Shown piece after piece: positions 1 to 10,100 of a DNA stretch of 64,000 nucleotides (the stretch's first letter is position 1; each line of letters starts with the position of its first letter). Source of the DNA: Myxococcota bacterium. GTDB taxonomy: Bacteria; Myxococcota_A; Polyangia; Polyangiales; Houyiibacteriaceae. The position numbers were made by a program, and so were the translations under genes. Under the pieces are notes generated by a model, which was given only the letters and a program-made list of their open reading frames with translations, ran no database searches and was not told where the DNA came from. Where the stretch lies: the NCBI GenBank assembly GCA_039030515.1, contig JBCCEA010000002.1:1-64000 (forward strand), in the 5' to 3' direction.

Positions 1-361
1 GCGCCTCGTCAACGTCAACGCTATCGATAACGAGCGCGGCGGGGTCATCATCGACGTGCCCATCGGCCTCAGCCTCAGCGAGATCACCCGGCTCGACCAG
101 GTTGTGGTGCAGGGCTCCGGCGCCTCCTTCGGCTTCATCGCCCAGCAAAACAACTTTCCCCTACCCACCAGCGCGCTCGTGCCCCCCGAGGTCAACCGCA
201 TCGGCACCGTCAACATCAACGATGCGGTCTTTGAGAACAGCCAAATCCCGGTAGGCATCGTCGGCCAGGCGGGAATCGATCCCATACCCTGCTTTCTACC
301 GCAGTCGGCAGGCGCGCTCTCGGGCGGGCTCGACAGCATCTTCGGCAACAGCGCCGGCTGA
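1..361 (+). CDS. 3' end of a hypothetical protein, possibly with beta-helix-like repeats (partial, starts before the window)
   Basis: Frame 2 is open from position 2 (RLVNVNAIDNERGGVIIDVPIG...) to TGA at 359-361. It has high-GC codon usage and is followed by a hairpin. Confidence 0.6.
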   Translation, partial: RLVNVNAIDNERGGVIIDVPIGLSLSEITRLDQVVVQGSGASFGFIAQQNNFPLPTSALVPPEVNRIGTVNINDAVFENSQIPVGIVGQAGIDPIPCFLPQSAGALSGGLDSIFGNSAG

Positions 362-385
362 ACGCCCCGCGCCCCGGGCCACCGG

Positions 386-432
386 GCGCAAAGAGGACCT
401 CGAACTTCGGTTCAGGGTCCGCTTTCGCGTTT
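386..432. terminator. Probable bidirectional terminator hairpin with a UUCG loop
   Basis: GGACC-TCGAAC-TTCG-GTTC-AG-GGTCC, flanked by AAAG/CTTT, lies between convergent genes. Confidence 0.55.
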
Positions 433-465
433 AATGCAACGTTTGTGTGGAAGCTGTGGCTGCTG

Positions 466-834
466 CTAGAGACGCGGCAGCGCTCCTCCGGCGTCTTCGA
501 ATTCGGGCGGGGTCAAGGGCCGGGCTTCATCGGCCTCGCTGCGTCGGCGGAGTTCCTTCATCTGCTGTTTCACCGCAAGAACCTCTGACTCTGGAAACCG
601 CCAGTGGCCGCCACGTGTTTTGTATGCTCCCGGAAACGCGCCACCCTCTAGCCAGTTCTTCACGGTGTTGGTCGAAGACACCCCCAGCAGCCTCGCCGCG
701 TCGCCGGACCTAAGCATCCGCTCCTCACCGTCCGCCAGACTCACGTTTCGAGAAGCCTTCTCGATCGGGTGCCGATGCCGGGCGTCAGAGTTCCGCGCGA
801 AGATTCGATTCTCTGGGTTCTCAGACGTGCTCAT
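466..834 (-). CDS. BldC/excisionase-like (HTH_17, MerR-fold) DNA-binding protein
   Basis: LRSGDAARLLGVSSTNTVKNWLEGG...KTRGGHWRFPESEV matches the BldC/Xis-type wHTH pattern (LT..EVA..F.V...TV.RW...G......T.GGHRRY). GAGGTG RBS precedes the ATG at 834. Confidence 0.85.
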   Translation of the reverse strand: MSTSENPENRIFARNSDARHRHPIEKASRNVSLADGEERMLRSGDAARLLGVSSTNTVKNWLEGGAFPGAYKTRGGHWRFPESEVLAVKQQMKELRRRSEADEARPLTPPEFEDAGGALPRL

Positions 835-851
835 GCTCACCTCGGGCACGC

Positions 852-880
852 AGTGTGCGTCGAACCGTCAAAACCGTCAA
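852..880 (-). promoter_or_regulatory. Putative sigma70-type promoter overlapped by 9-bp direct repeats
   Basis: The minus strand reads TTGACG-GTT-TTGACG-GT-TCGACG-CACACT: TTGACG-N17-CACACT plus three T(T/C)GACG repeats spaced 9 and 8 bp. Confidence 0.45.
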
Positions 881-974
881 GGCGCTCACGCCTCTCTCTT
901 ACGAGACTCGGCTCCGTATATATCCGGATTGTAGGAGCGAGGAGCACCTCCGGTAGGCGGCGCCATCGCGTCCA

Positions 975-1366
975 CCTGTCGCAACCCCCGCGGCCGTCCA
1001 AAGGCGTCAGAAAGCGAGCGCCCCCGAAGCAACGAGGAGGAGGGTACTCATTGGTACCTGACGACGAGGCGCCAGGCGGTAAGCCGCTTTGTGGCGCCTG
1101 TCGGCAACCACCCCCGCGGCTGTCCAGGTGCGTCAGAGAGCCAGCGCCCCCGTGGCGAGGAGGAGGATGGTACGTAAAGGTACCTGACGACGACGAGTGA
1201 GGCGGCAAGCGGCTCTATGGCGTGCATGGGCAACCGCGACCGCGGCTGTCCAGGTGCGTCAGAGAGCCAGCGCCCTCGAAGCGCAGGAGCGAAGGCGTAC
1301 TTCTTGGTACGTTGAGCGACGAGCATCGAAGGTAAGCCGCTCTATGGCGTGCATGGGCGGCCGCGG
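975..1366 (+). repeat. Three tandem ~126-bp palindromic (hairpin-forming) repeat units, REP/MITE-like
   Basis: CCGCGG anchors at 988, 1114 and 1240; AAGC(C/G)GC at 1081, 1207 and 1334. Each unit has imperfect inverted ends and a central GTAC-N6-GTAC hairpin. Confidence 0.85.
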
Positions 1367-1369
1367 GGT

Positions 1370-2827
1370 TTAGAAGCACACCGTACGACTACTATCCGAC
1401 GGATCCGTTTGGCAGGATTCGCTGCTTGCGCAGTCCTCCGGCTTGTCGCAACGGTAGCTGCATTGGCCGTTGCTGCTGGTGGTTGCATCGAAGCAGACGC
1501 CGCCTGTCGGGCAGTCGTCATCGATCTCGCATGTCCTGAAACCAACAGTCACCGCCTCGCAGGTCGTTAGCTCGTGGTTGATGCTGCACAGCGTCTCACC
1601 TCCCACAGTCAGCAACGTTTGATACGGTGGGGCTTGACCGCTGCACGTGCCGGATTGGCTGGCCACCGGCAGGCAAAACGCCCCCGCCATGTCAGGCGGC
1701 TCCTCCATGCCATACGGCATCTCCGTGCACAGCCCTCCATTCACGCACTCCGTGTCAAACGCGCACGGCTGACACAGCTCCGTGCCCCCGCTCTCCACGT
1801 TCGTGCAAACATACGTATCCGGGTTGCATACGAATGTTCCGCCCACATCCCGCGGGCAGTCTGCATCCGTGCTGCACTCTACGCACACCCCTCCATCAAG
1901 GCATAACGGCCTCCCCATCACCGACCCGCAGTCTGCGTCCTCCAAGCACCCTACGCACATCCGCGGCTCGCTGCCCGACGGCATTTCGCATCGCGCCGCC
2001 TCCGCCAGCGTGCACTGCCCGCTCGCGCTGCACTCGCACGACCGCGTATCCGTGTTGCACTCCGGCGCCAACGGGCCGCAGTCCTCACTCGCACGGCATC
2101 CCACGCACATCAGCACCGAAGGAGCACCCGCTCCCAGCCCGTCTTCGCCCGAACCCGGCCCGTAACACACCGGCGTCGCGGGGTCAGTGCAGTCATCATC
2201 CTCCAAGCAACCCACGCACGTGTACGCTGCCGCTCGCATCGAAAACAACGCAGGCCGCGACGGGTTGTTGCACGCAGGCGTGGCTCCGCCACAGTGGCTA
2301 TCTTCACGGCACGCCACGCACGTCAACACCGAAGGCGCACCCTCTCCCAGCCCGTCTTCACCCGAGCCCAGCCCGTAACACACCGGCGTCGCGGGGTCAG
2401 TGCAGTCACCATCCCCCAAGCAACCCACGCACGTATACGCTGCCGCCCGCATCGAAAACAACGTAGTCTGCGACGGGTCGTTGCACGCCGGCGTCGCGGG
2501 GTCAGTGCAGTCGCTGTCCTCACCACACGCCACACACTCCCCCAGCACACACACCGGGGTGGGGCCCGAGCATTCGTCGTCTCCGGTACATTCGGGGTCT
2601 GGCCCCGCGTCCGTTGCGCCATCGGCGAGGGAGCCGTCTCGCTGCGCCCAGTAGTCGGCGCAGATGCGCGCGTTGGGGGCGTCTTCGCAGTCTACCTCTT
2701 CGGTGATGCATCCGGCTGGACCTGAGAAAGCGAGTGCGGCGAGACCGCAGATCGCAACCGGGAGGCTCGAGAGCCCGCGCAAACGAGTGGTGAGTCGTGC
2801 TTGTTCAAGGGGCGTTTGGTGCGGCAT
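1370..2827 (-). CDS. Cysteine-rich repeat (disintegrin/EGF-like) lipoprotein
   Basis: A hydrophobic leader ends in ...FSGPAGC and is followed by many CxxDxDC / CVxC repeats. The start is uncertain (ATG 2827 or GTG 2854). Confidence 0.8.
   Translation of the reverse strand: MPHQTPLEQARLTTRLRGLSSLPVAICGLAALAFSGPAGCITEEVDCEDAPNARICADYWAQRDGSLADGATDAGPDPECTGDDECSGPTPVCVLGECVACGEDSDCTDPATPACNDPSQTTLFSMRAAAYTCVGCLGDGDCTDPATPVCYGLGSGEDGLGEGAPSVLTCVACREDSHCGGATPACNNPSRPALFSMRAAAYTCVGCLEDDDCTDPATPVCYGPGSGEDGLGAGAPSVLMCVGCRASEDCGPLAPECNTDTRSCECSASGQCTLAEAARCEMPSGSEPRMCVGCLEDADCGSVMGRPLCLDGGVCVECSTDADCPRDVGGTFVCNPDTYVCTNVESGGTELCQPCAFDTECVNGGLCTEMPYGMEEPPDMAGAFCLPVASQSGTCSGQAPPYQTLLTVGGETLCSINHELTTCEAVTVGFRTCEIDDDCPTGGVCFDATTSSNGQCSYRCDKPEDCASSESCQTDPSDSSRTVCF
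2090..2515 (-). repeat. Internal 213-bp (71-aa) tandem duplication in the Cys-rich gene
   Basis: CGTAACACACCGGCGTCGCGGGGTCAGTGCAGTC occurs at 2161 and 2374. The peptide LFSMRAAAYTCVGCL..DCTDPATPVCYG.GSGEDGLG.GAPSVL.CV.C occurs twice. Confidence 0.9.
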
Positions 2828-3014
2828 TTGGGCCGGAGCTTGAACTGGAGGCAAGCCCGTGTCGAGCTGAGTTTTGTGGCGCTCCTCACCGAAATGGGCG
2901 ACTTAAGCGCGCTTTTTGCGCAAACGCCCGGGAGCCCCCGCTGCGGCTTGACGGGGCAGAGGGCGGGAGCCGAGCGGGCCGCGCCCAAGGCCGCCCGCCC
3001 CGACCTCTAGCCGG

Positions 3015-6000
3015 CTAACCGGCGGGCCCTGGATCGCCAGCGGGCGCTGGCGCATCGGCAGGCCGCTGCAGAAGCTCAGCGCGGCGCTCCGGCGGGAGTC
3101 TTTTGAGGATTTCCGCATGCACCGCTACCTGAGAGAGAAACTGCGCCCGCAGGGCGTCGCTGGCGATGTGGCTTGCGAGGCGGGCGAGGATCTCCGCTGC
3201 CCGAGCCTCGAGCTCCTGCGCGGCCGTCACGTTTTCGGTCGACCGGTAGGCGTCCGCCGCGGCGAGCAGAAACTCGACGTCTTCGCCCACCACCCCCTCG
3301 GTATGGCCGACCACCGCAAGGCCGGCCGCGAGCGCCTTGCGCATCTGCGGATGCTCCCCCTGCTGCCGCAAGATCTGCAGCTCGAGGGTGAGGGCGCACA
3401 CCTGGAGCTGATAGTCCCCGAGGGATTCGCCCTGCACCGCCAGCGCACGGGCGATGCCGAGGGCCGCCTCGAGTTCGCCCAGCAGGTGGAGGGCCCGCGC
3501 GCGCTGGAGATCGCAGCGACTGACCAGGTAGCCCACCCCGGTAGCTGCGGCATCGGCCTGAACCTTCTCGAGAAGGTACAGGGCCTCTTCAGGCCGCCCG
3601 AGCTGACAAATCGAAAATGCAAGGGCGACCGCCGCCCCCACCGCGCCCAGCCGATTGCCGACCCGCTTGTTCTTCTCAAGGGCCGCGCGCAGCACGCGCT
3701 CGGCGCTTGTATAGTCGGCAAATCGATTGTCGGTCCCGGCGAGGTTGACCTCATTGCGGGCGGCCCGGCGCAGATCGCCGGCTTCGGTGTAGTAGGCGAT
3801 CGCCAGGCGGTAGCCCTCGCGCGCCGCGCCGAGCTCGCCGCGCACCCGAGCGAGGGTGGCTCCGGAGCCGGCGATCGTCGCTTGAATGTCGATCGGCACC
3901 TGGGAAGCAAGGGCCCGGGCCCGCCGGCAGCATCCTTCGGCGCGCTCCATCTCGCCGACAAAGGTCAGCACCCCCGCCCGCCGGGCCAGGGCAAGGGCGA
4001 GCAGGGCCGCATCACCCGCCTGCTCGCCGCAGGCGACCGCCTGTTCGGCGGCGGCCAGCGCCTCTACTTTTTTGCCGAGGTACCACATGCAGCCGATGCG
4101 ATCGGCATGGGCCCGCCCGAGCTCACCCGAATCGGCCGCCGCCGCCTCGGCCGCCTCGAGGGCGCGCGCCTGCTCCTGAAAGCGGGCCAAAAATTGAAAG
4201 GCGTCCGAGCGGGCGAGATGCAGCCCAAAGGCCTCCGCGCCGGGATCTCCCAGCGCGAGCGCCCGATCCGAACAGCGCACCACCGTCTCTCCGTCGCCCC
4301 GCCGAGAGGCCGAGAAGGTCGCCGCGGTGTAGCGACCGCACGCCTTGACCGCCTCTGCGCCCCGCTCGTGGTGGGAGGCGATCTCTTCATCGCCGGCGCC
4401 AGAGCCGGCGAGCACATGGGCCGCCCGGCGATGCAGCTCGATCCGGTCGGGATCGCTCAGCATTTTGTAGCCCACCTGGGCAAAAAGGGCGCTCGAAAAG
4501 ACAAAGCGCGGTCCGCTATCTCCCCGAACGGCATGGCTTGAGACAAGCCCCCGCAGCCGCAGGTTGTGCAGCAAACCGTCGGCATCGGCGATGCCGAGTC
4601 CCCCGAGCTCGTCCGCCGAAAAATCCCGCTGCAGCACCGCCGCCCGGCGGCAGAGGTTTTTTTCAAGCAGGGGTAGCTGGTCGAGCCTCGACTGGATCGC
4701 TGCTTCCATCGTGACCGGCAGGGGCAGCCCCTCTTTCGGGTCCCGATCGAGGAGGTCTTCGTCGGCAAGGGCCATCAGGACCTGCTCGACAAAGAGCGGA
4801 TTGCCTGAGGTGTGGCGCACCACCGCCCGGGCCAGGTCGGTCGCGATCGGTCGCCCGACCAGCGCCCGGGCCAGGGTCTCCACGTCGCCCACCCCGATCC
4901 CTTGGGGCTCGACCCGGGTGGTGGTCGCGCGCTGCATGAAGTTCGGCCGCCGCTCGTCGAGATCCGAACGCGCGGTCACCAAGAGGAGAAAGGGCAGGTC
5001 GGCAAGGCGCTCGACAAGCTCTTCGAGCACATCGAGCGAAGCGCTGTCGGCCCAGTGGGCGTCTTCGACGAGCAGGCATACGGTGCGCTGCTCGCAGAGC
5101 CCCTCGAAGTAGTCGAAGATCGCGACCCGGAGCCGATCGGCCATCAGCTGCGCATCCTGCCGGGCCGAGACGAGCGCGGGCTCTTCCGGCATCTCCACCC
5201 CGAGCAGCTCCCCGAGAAAGGGCATCGACTGCAGGCGAATCTCGAGGTCCTCGATCGCTTCTGTGGCGAGGGCGCGCACCGCCTCCCGGCGCTCGTCCAT
5301 CGACGCGCTAAGAGAAAGCCGCGGCCGGTTCAAATCGCGATGGCCCTCAAAGGCGCGATGCTGAAGGGCGCGCGCAAGAAGCGAGAGCCCTGCCGCCCGC
5401 CCGAGCGCATCGGCGTGGGTGCGGTAGATCGAGACCTCTTCATCGGACTCCTCGACCATGCGCAGCAACTCATCGTGCAGTCGGGACTTACCGATGCCGG
5501 CCGGCCCCACGACGTAGAGCACCCCCGCCCTACCCTCGTAAAGGGCGTTTTCGGCTTCGGACTCGAGCTGGGCGAGCTCTGCCTGACGACCGACAAGGGG
5601 CATTTCTTCGGTGGGCGGGTGCTGCAGCGAACTCTGACGAGGCTGCCGGACGGTCTTTTCGTCTTCGAGCAGCGAGAGGATCTGCACGAGTCCCGAGCTG
5701 CGATCTTCGCTGCGAAGACGAAACTTCTTGCTGAGGCCTCGAGCGGTGGCCGCATACATCGCGACCCCCGGCAAATCCGCGCGGCACCCCTGCTCGGCGG
5801 CGTGGAGCGCTTCGCCGGAAATGCCGCCGCCCTTGCCGAGCCCGGGTCCGTTCGCCCGTCCGGCAGCGACCGCCACCCGATCTGAAAGCGGCCGCACGAT
5901 GAGGCCGGCCTCCGCCGCGCGCTCGACTTCGTCGCCTTCCCAGGACTCGCCGCCAAAAACCCCAAGACCACAGCCGCCGGCTAAAGGCGTGTAGGCGCCG

Positions 6001-6953
6001 CCTTTTGCCGAGACCGCCTCCTCAAAAACCTGCGGGTCGGCGATCCCCTCGGCGAGCAGGACGGCGACTACCCGGCTTTCTCCGATCGGGACCTGGCCCG
6101 AGACGCGCTGCTGCTGCGCCTGCGCCTGCAGCCCCTCAAGATCGAGCTCGCTGAGCGCCTGCTCCAGGGCTTCTGCGCTTGCCCAGCGCCCCGAACGCTT
6201 CTTGATGAGGCAGCGTTCGACCACGGCCGCCAGCTCGGGCGACACCCCGAACTGGACGAGGGGCTGGGGCTCCTCCCGCACGATCGCCACCGCAAGCTCG
6301 AGCACGCTGTCGCGCTCAAAGGGCGCCCGGCGCGCTAGACCCTCGTACATCACCGCACCCAGCGCCCAGAGGTCGACGCCGTGGTCGAGATCGCGATCGC
6401 CCCGCACCTGCTCCGGCGCCAAGTACCAGGGCGTGCCCAAGACGGTATCGGTCGCGGTCATCCGAATCTGCTCGCGAAGCCGCAGGGCGATGCCGAAGTC
6501 GAGGATCTTCACCGTGCCGTCGCTGCAGCAAAGGAGGTTGCCCGGTTTGATGTCGCGGTGGATGAGCCCCATCTGATGGGCCGCAGAGAGCCCGCGGCAG
6601 ACCTGCTTGCCCCAATCGACGAGTTCCCGCGGCGAGGCGGTCCGTTTTTTGAAAAGGGCCGTCAGAGACTCGCCTTCGAGCAGCTCGAAGACGATAAACG
6701 CGCGGCTTCCGTCGACCCCGGCATCGAGCACCTTCACCACGTTGGGATGCTCGATGCGCACTTCGGCCTCCCGCCGAAAGCGCTCTTCTTCTTCGGGGTC
6801 GCCGAGCTGCGCATGCAGCACCTTGAGCGCCACCTGCTGGTCGCCCGAAACCGCCCGATAGACGGCTCCAGCGCCGCCTGCCGCGATCTCTCGCTCCAGG
6901 AGGTAGCCCCCGATAGACGTTCCCTCAAGGCTCTGGCGCGGTCGTTTGCTCAT
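3015..6953 (-). CDS. Ser/Thr protein kinase - degenerate cyclase-like - STAND (AAA_16) ATPase - TPR protein
   Basis: Hanks kinase motifs VALKVL, HRDIKPGN, DFG and GTPWYLAPE; Walker A GPAGIGKS; Walker B LLVEDAHWAD; GNPLF motif; Ala-rich helical TPR-like C-terminus. Confidence 0.9.
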   Translation of the reverse strand: MSKRPRQSLEGTSIGGYLLEREIAAGGAGAVYRAVSGDQQVALKVLHAQLGDPEEEERFRREAEVRIEHPNVVKVLDAGVDGSRAFIVFELLEGESLTALFKKRTASPRELVDWGKQVCRGLSAAHQMGLIHRDIKPGNLLCCSDGTVKILDFGIALRLREQIRMTATDTVLGTPWYLAPEQVRGDRDLDHGVDLWALGAVMYEGLARRAPFERDSVLELAVAIVREEPQPLVQFGVSPELAAVVERCLIKKRSGRWASAEALEQALSELDLEGLQAQAQQQRVSGQVPIGESRVVAVLLAEGIADPQVFEEAVSAKGGAYTPLAGGCGLGVFGGESWEGDEVERAAEAGLIVRPLSDRVAVAAGRANGPGLGKGGGISGEALHAAEQGCRADLPGVAMYAATARGLSKKFRLRSEDRSSGLVQILSLLEDEKTVRQPRQSSLQHPPTEEMPLVGRQAELAQLESEAENALYEGRAGVLYVVGPAGIGKSRLHDELLRMVEESDEEVSIYRTHADALGRAAGLSLLARALQHRAFEGHRDLNRPRLSLSASMDERREAVRALATEAIEDLEIRLQSMPFLGELLGVEMPEEPALVSARQDAQLMADRLRVAIFDYFEGLCEQRTVCLLVEDAHWADSASLDVLEELVERLADLPFLLLVTARSDLDERRPNFMQRATTTRVEPQGIGVGDVETLARALVGRPIATDLARAVVRHTSGNPLFVEQVLMALADEDLLDRDPKEGLPLPVTMEAAIQSRLDQLPLLEKNLCRRAAVLQRDFSADELGGLGIADADGLLHNLRLRGLVSSHAVRGDSGPRFVFSSALFAQVGYKMLSDPDRIELHRRAAHVLAGSGAGDEEIASHHERGAEAVKACGRYTAATFSASRRGDGETVVRCSDRALALGDPGAEAFGLHLARSDAFQFLARFQEQARALEAAEAAAADSGELGRAHADRIGCMWYLGKKVEALAAAEQAVACGEQAGDAALLALALARRAGVLTFVGEMERAEGCCRRARALASQVPIDIQATIAGSGATLARVRGELGAAREGYRLAIAYYTEAGDLRRAARNEVNLAGTDNRFADYTSAERVLRAALEKNKRVGNRLGAVGAAVALAFSICQLGRPEEALYLLEKVQADAAATGVGYLVSRCDLQRARALHLLGELEAALGIARALAVQGESLGDYQLQVCALTLELQILRQQGEHPQMRKALAAGLAVVGHTEGVVGEDVEFLLAAADAYRSTENVTAAQELEARAAEILARLASHIASDALRAQFLSQVAVHAEILKRLPPERRAELLQRPADAPAPAGDPGPAG

Positions 6954-7124
6954 GCCTGGTTCCAGATCAACGCCACTGCGTACCGAAAACGAAGAAACCC
7001 TCTGTCGGCTAGTGTAGCGAATTATGTCGCATCACGCACTGTATGCGGCAGTGCCAAGGTTCCAACCGCGCGAAAACCCTGCAAATTTGCGAAAAACCGG
7101 AGCCAAAACCCGAAAAGCCTGACT

Positions 7125-7177
7125 TACCCGAAGGTTTAGCCCCTACCCGAAGGTTTAGCCCCTATCCGCAGGTTTAG
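7125..7177. repeat. 19-bp tandem repeat x3
   Basis: TACCCGAAGGTTTAGCCCC at 7125 and 7144, with a variant TATCCGCAGGTTTAG at 7163. Confidence 0.85.
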
Positions 7178-7199
7178 ACGACGGGCGCGTCGATCGAAC

Positions 7200-10100
7200 C
7201 TACCAGTTTTTGACAAGCGCTCGCAGCGCCTCCGGCGAAGACGAGGTGGTTCTCAGCCCGTCGATCACGGCCTCGATGCGGGCTCTGCCGCGAACCGAGA
7301 GGGCCTCCGCTTCTTCGGTGCTGCCGAGCGCCTCAAGACACCATATCGCAGCGCGAAAGACCCGCGGTTCGTCCCGAGGCAGACCGCCGCGCTCGTCTCG
7401 AATTTGAAGCGCCAAAAGGCTCTCGCTCCTCGCTTCTTCGAGCGCCGACCCGGACGCCTGCCGGCATTTCCAAAGAGCGCTGAGCGCATGCGTGCGCGCT
7501 AGCAGGCTCTGAGTTCCCAGTTGCCGGGCGGATTCAGCAATCGCGAGCAGCTCCTCGAAGACCGCTTCCAATTCAACCTCCGCCTGAGAAGCGACCCTCC
7601 ACTGCATCCGCAAGAGCCGCAGCTCGAGGCAGAAGGCCTTGGCTCCCGAGGGGGCGAGGATCGCCTCAGCCTGAGCAAGCGCGTTCGCCGCACCCTCCAA
7701 AGACGCCGCGTCGCTGGTGCTGGGGTTGCGGATACTGGCGTTGCTGGAGCCGCGCACAGAATCGGGGTCGCTGATACTGGAGCCGCGCACAGAATCGGGT
7801 GCCTCATCGGATCCGCATGCCGGCATCCGCACGTAGGCAAGCTCGAGCCAGGCGAGGCCTTGCAGGAAGCGATAGCCGGCCGCCTGCGCACGCTCGTTGA
7901 TTTGGGTCAGCAGCGCCTCGGCTCGGGCGCGATCGCCAACCGAAGACGAAATCTGCGCCAGCGCCCACTCCGATTCGAGCGCACCCAAGGGGTCTTCCGC
8001 CTGCAGAAAGAGCTGCCGCGCGCACTGGAGATCGCGCTCGGCCGAGTGGAAGGTGCCGACCTCGAGGTGTCTTTGGGCTTGAGCCATCCAGTACCTCCCG
8101 CTTGCGCTACCGAGTTCGCGCTGCGCCATAGGCAAGGCTTCGACCAGCACCAGGTCGGCCGCATCGAGCTTGGAGCGCGCCAAAAACGATAGGGCGAGTT
8201 CGGCGTAAGCGGCGAGCTGACGATCTGCGGGCAAATAGTTTGACGAAAGCGCGGTGCGCGCCGCTGCCTCTGCATCCGAGTATTGGCCTGCCTTGCGCAA
8301 ATACCGGGCGCGCTGGGTATGCACCTCTGCCCGAGCGAGATCGTTTGAGGCGTGCTTCAAGGCGAAATCGAGGGCGACCACCGCAGGATCGAGCCGGCCG
8401 AGCTGGTGCAGTGCCCGCCCGCGCTGCAGATATAGGGTATAGAGCGAAATCCGCGAGGGATCGAGCTCGAGCACCTTGTCCGTGCAGGTGAGGACGGTCT
8501 CGGGACGACCCTGTCGATTCGCCCTTACCGCGGCCGACCCAAAATAGTCTGCCGCGCGGCTGTGATCGCCGCTTCGCTCGTAGTGGGTCGCGATCTCTTC
8601 GTCGCTCGGGTCTTCACCGTCGCCGAGCAGCATCGCCACCCGTACGTGTTGCTCGGCGCGAGCTTCTGGAGACAGGGTTTCGTAGATCGCCTCGTGCATC
8701 AGGGACGACTGGAATCGATATTCGCGAACGGACGCGCCTCGCCGCGCCTTGGACTTGAGGATCCCCCGTCGCACCAGCGCATCGAGCATCGGCGGCGCAT
8801 CGGCGACCCCCAGGCTGGCGATCTCGCGGGCGGTGAAGGGACGACCGAAGACCGCAGCGCGTCGCAGCAAACTGCGTTCGAGGAACGGGAGGTGATCGAG
8901 ACGCGACTGCACTGCGGAAAACACCTCGGGCGGCAGCATCCGGACGCCTGGGCGCGCGCGTTCTGCCGTGCGTTCTCTGCTGCCGAGCAGCGCCTGAGCG
9001 AGGTAGGGGTTGCCTTCCGCCTGGTCGCATAACTCATGCAGCTCTTCTTTTTGGAGCTGGGCCGCACCCGGCAGGGTCTCGAGAAAAGACGCGAGGAAGC
9101 GTGGGGAAACGCCCCGCAACGCGAGCTTGCGGACGGTGAGGCCGGCCATGAAGTCAGAACGTTCGTCAAAAAGCTCCGGCCGCGCGGTGAGTAGCGCAAC
9201 GAGGCCCGCGTCGGCGTAGGAGTCCGCCAGCTCCTCGACAAAGGTGAGCGACATCGGGTCGGCCCAGTGCAGGTCTTCGATGATGAGCGCCAGCTTTTTC
9301 GACTGCAGCACGTGATCGAAGAAGCCACGAAGCACCGCCGAGATTTCCTCCGCGCCACCACTCGACACGGGAGCGCGCAGCAGGTGAGAGGTCTTGTTGG
9401 TGACCGGAACCTGGCTGCCGATGGCGGCTACGGGAACGCCCATCAGCGCGGCGAGGCCAAAAAGAGCGAGTTCGGTCTCGGTCGAGGGCATCGAGTGGAG
9501 CGCAAAATCGCGCAGCATGCGCTGGTGCGCTTTGACGTCCGGGGTGTCGAGCAACTCCGCCGCGGGTAGGCAACGTCGAATGAGGTCCCGAAAGAGGCCG
9601 AAGGGACGCGACTTGAAGGTGGGGTGCGCTTGAGCGCGAAGAACCCGCACTTCTGCAAGCGCTGCCTCGAGCCGCCGCTCGAATTCAAAGCGCAGAGCGG
9701 TCTTGCCGGCGCCCAAAGGTCCAGAGATCAAAAGGCGATCGCCCCGGCCTTCCTGAGCAAACGCCTCGATGACCGCGTCGAGTTGCCGCAGCTCGGACGT
9801 TCGACCGGAGATCGGATCGCGGCGCGAGGGTTGCGTCCAGGGCGCATGAGGCAAACGGCTGCGCCAGCGCTGACCGTAGAACGACTCAAGACGGGTGAGC
9901 ACGTCTTTCGCGCTCGAATGCACGACCACTCCGGAATCCGCCTCCTGCGAGGCTTGGTCGGCATATTCGATCGCCGGACCACCGGGGCCGCCGCTTTGGC
10001 TCATCGCGGAACCCGCCGCCACCCCGACCGCGTTCGCGTAATGTTCGCAGCGCTCTGCGGCCTGCATCGCCATCGGCGCCTCCACGCCTTCGGTGCAGGT

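Noticed and set aside
466..834. Prophage or ICE excisionase marking a mobile element
   Set aside because: There is no integrase, att-like tRNA or phage gene in the window; one could still lie upstream of position 1.
975..1366. CRISPR array, or a protein-coding repeat (ORFs 769-1200, 837-1208, 1048-1326)
   Set aside because: The whole 126-bp unit is repeated with no spacer. Stops and indels break every frame across the three units, while base-pairing is conserved.
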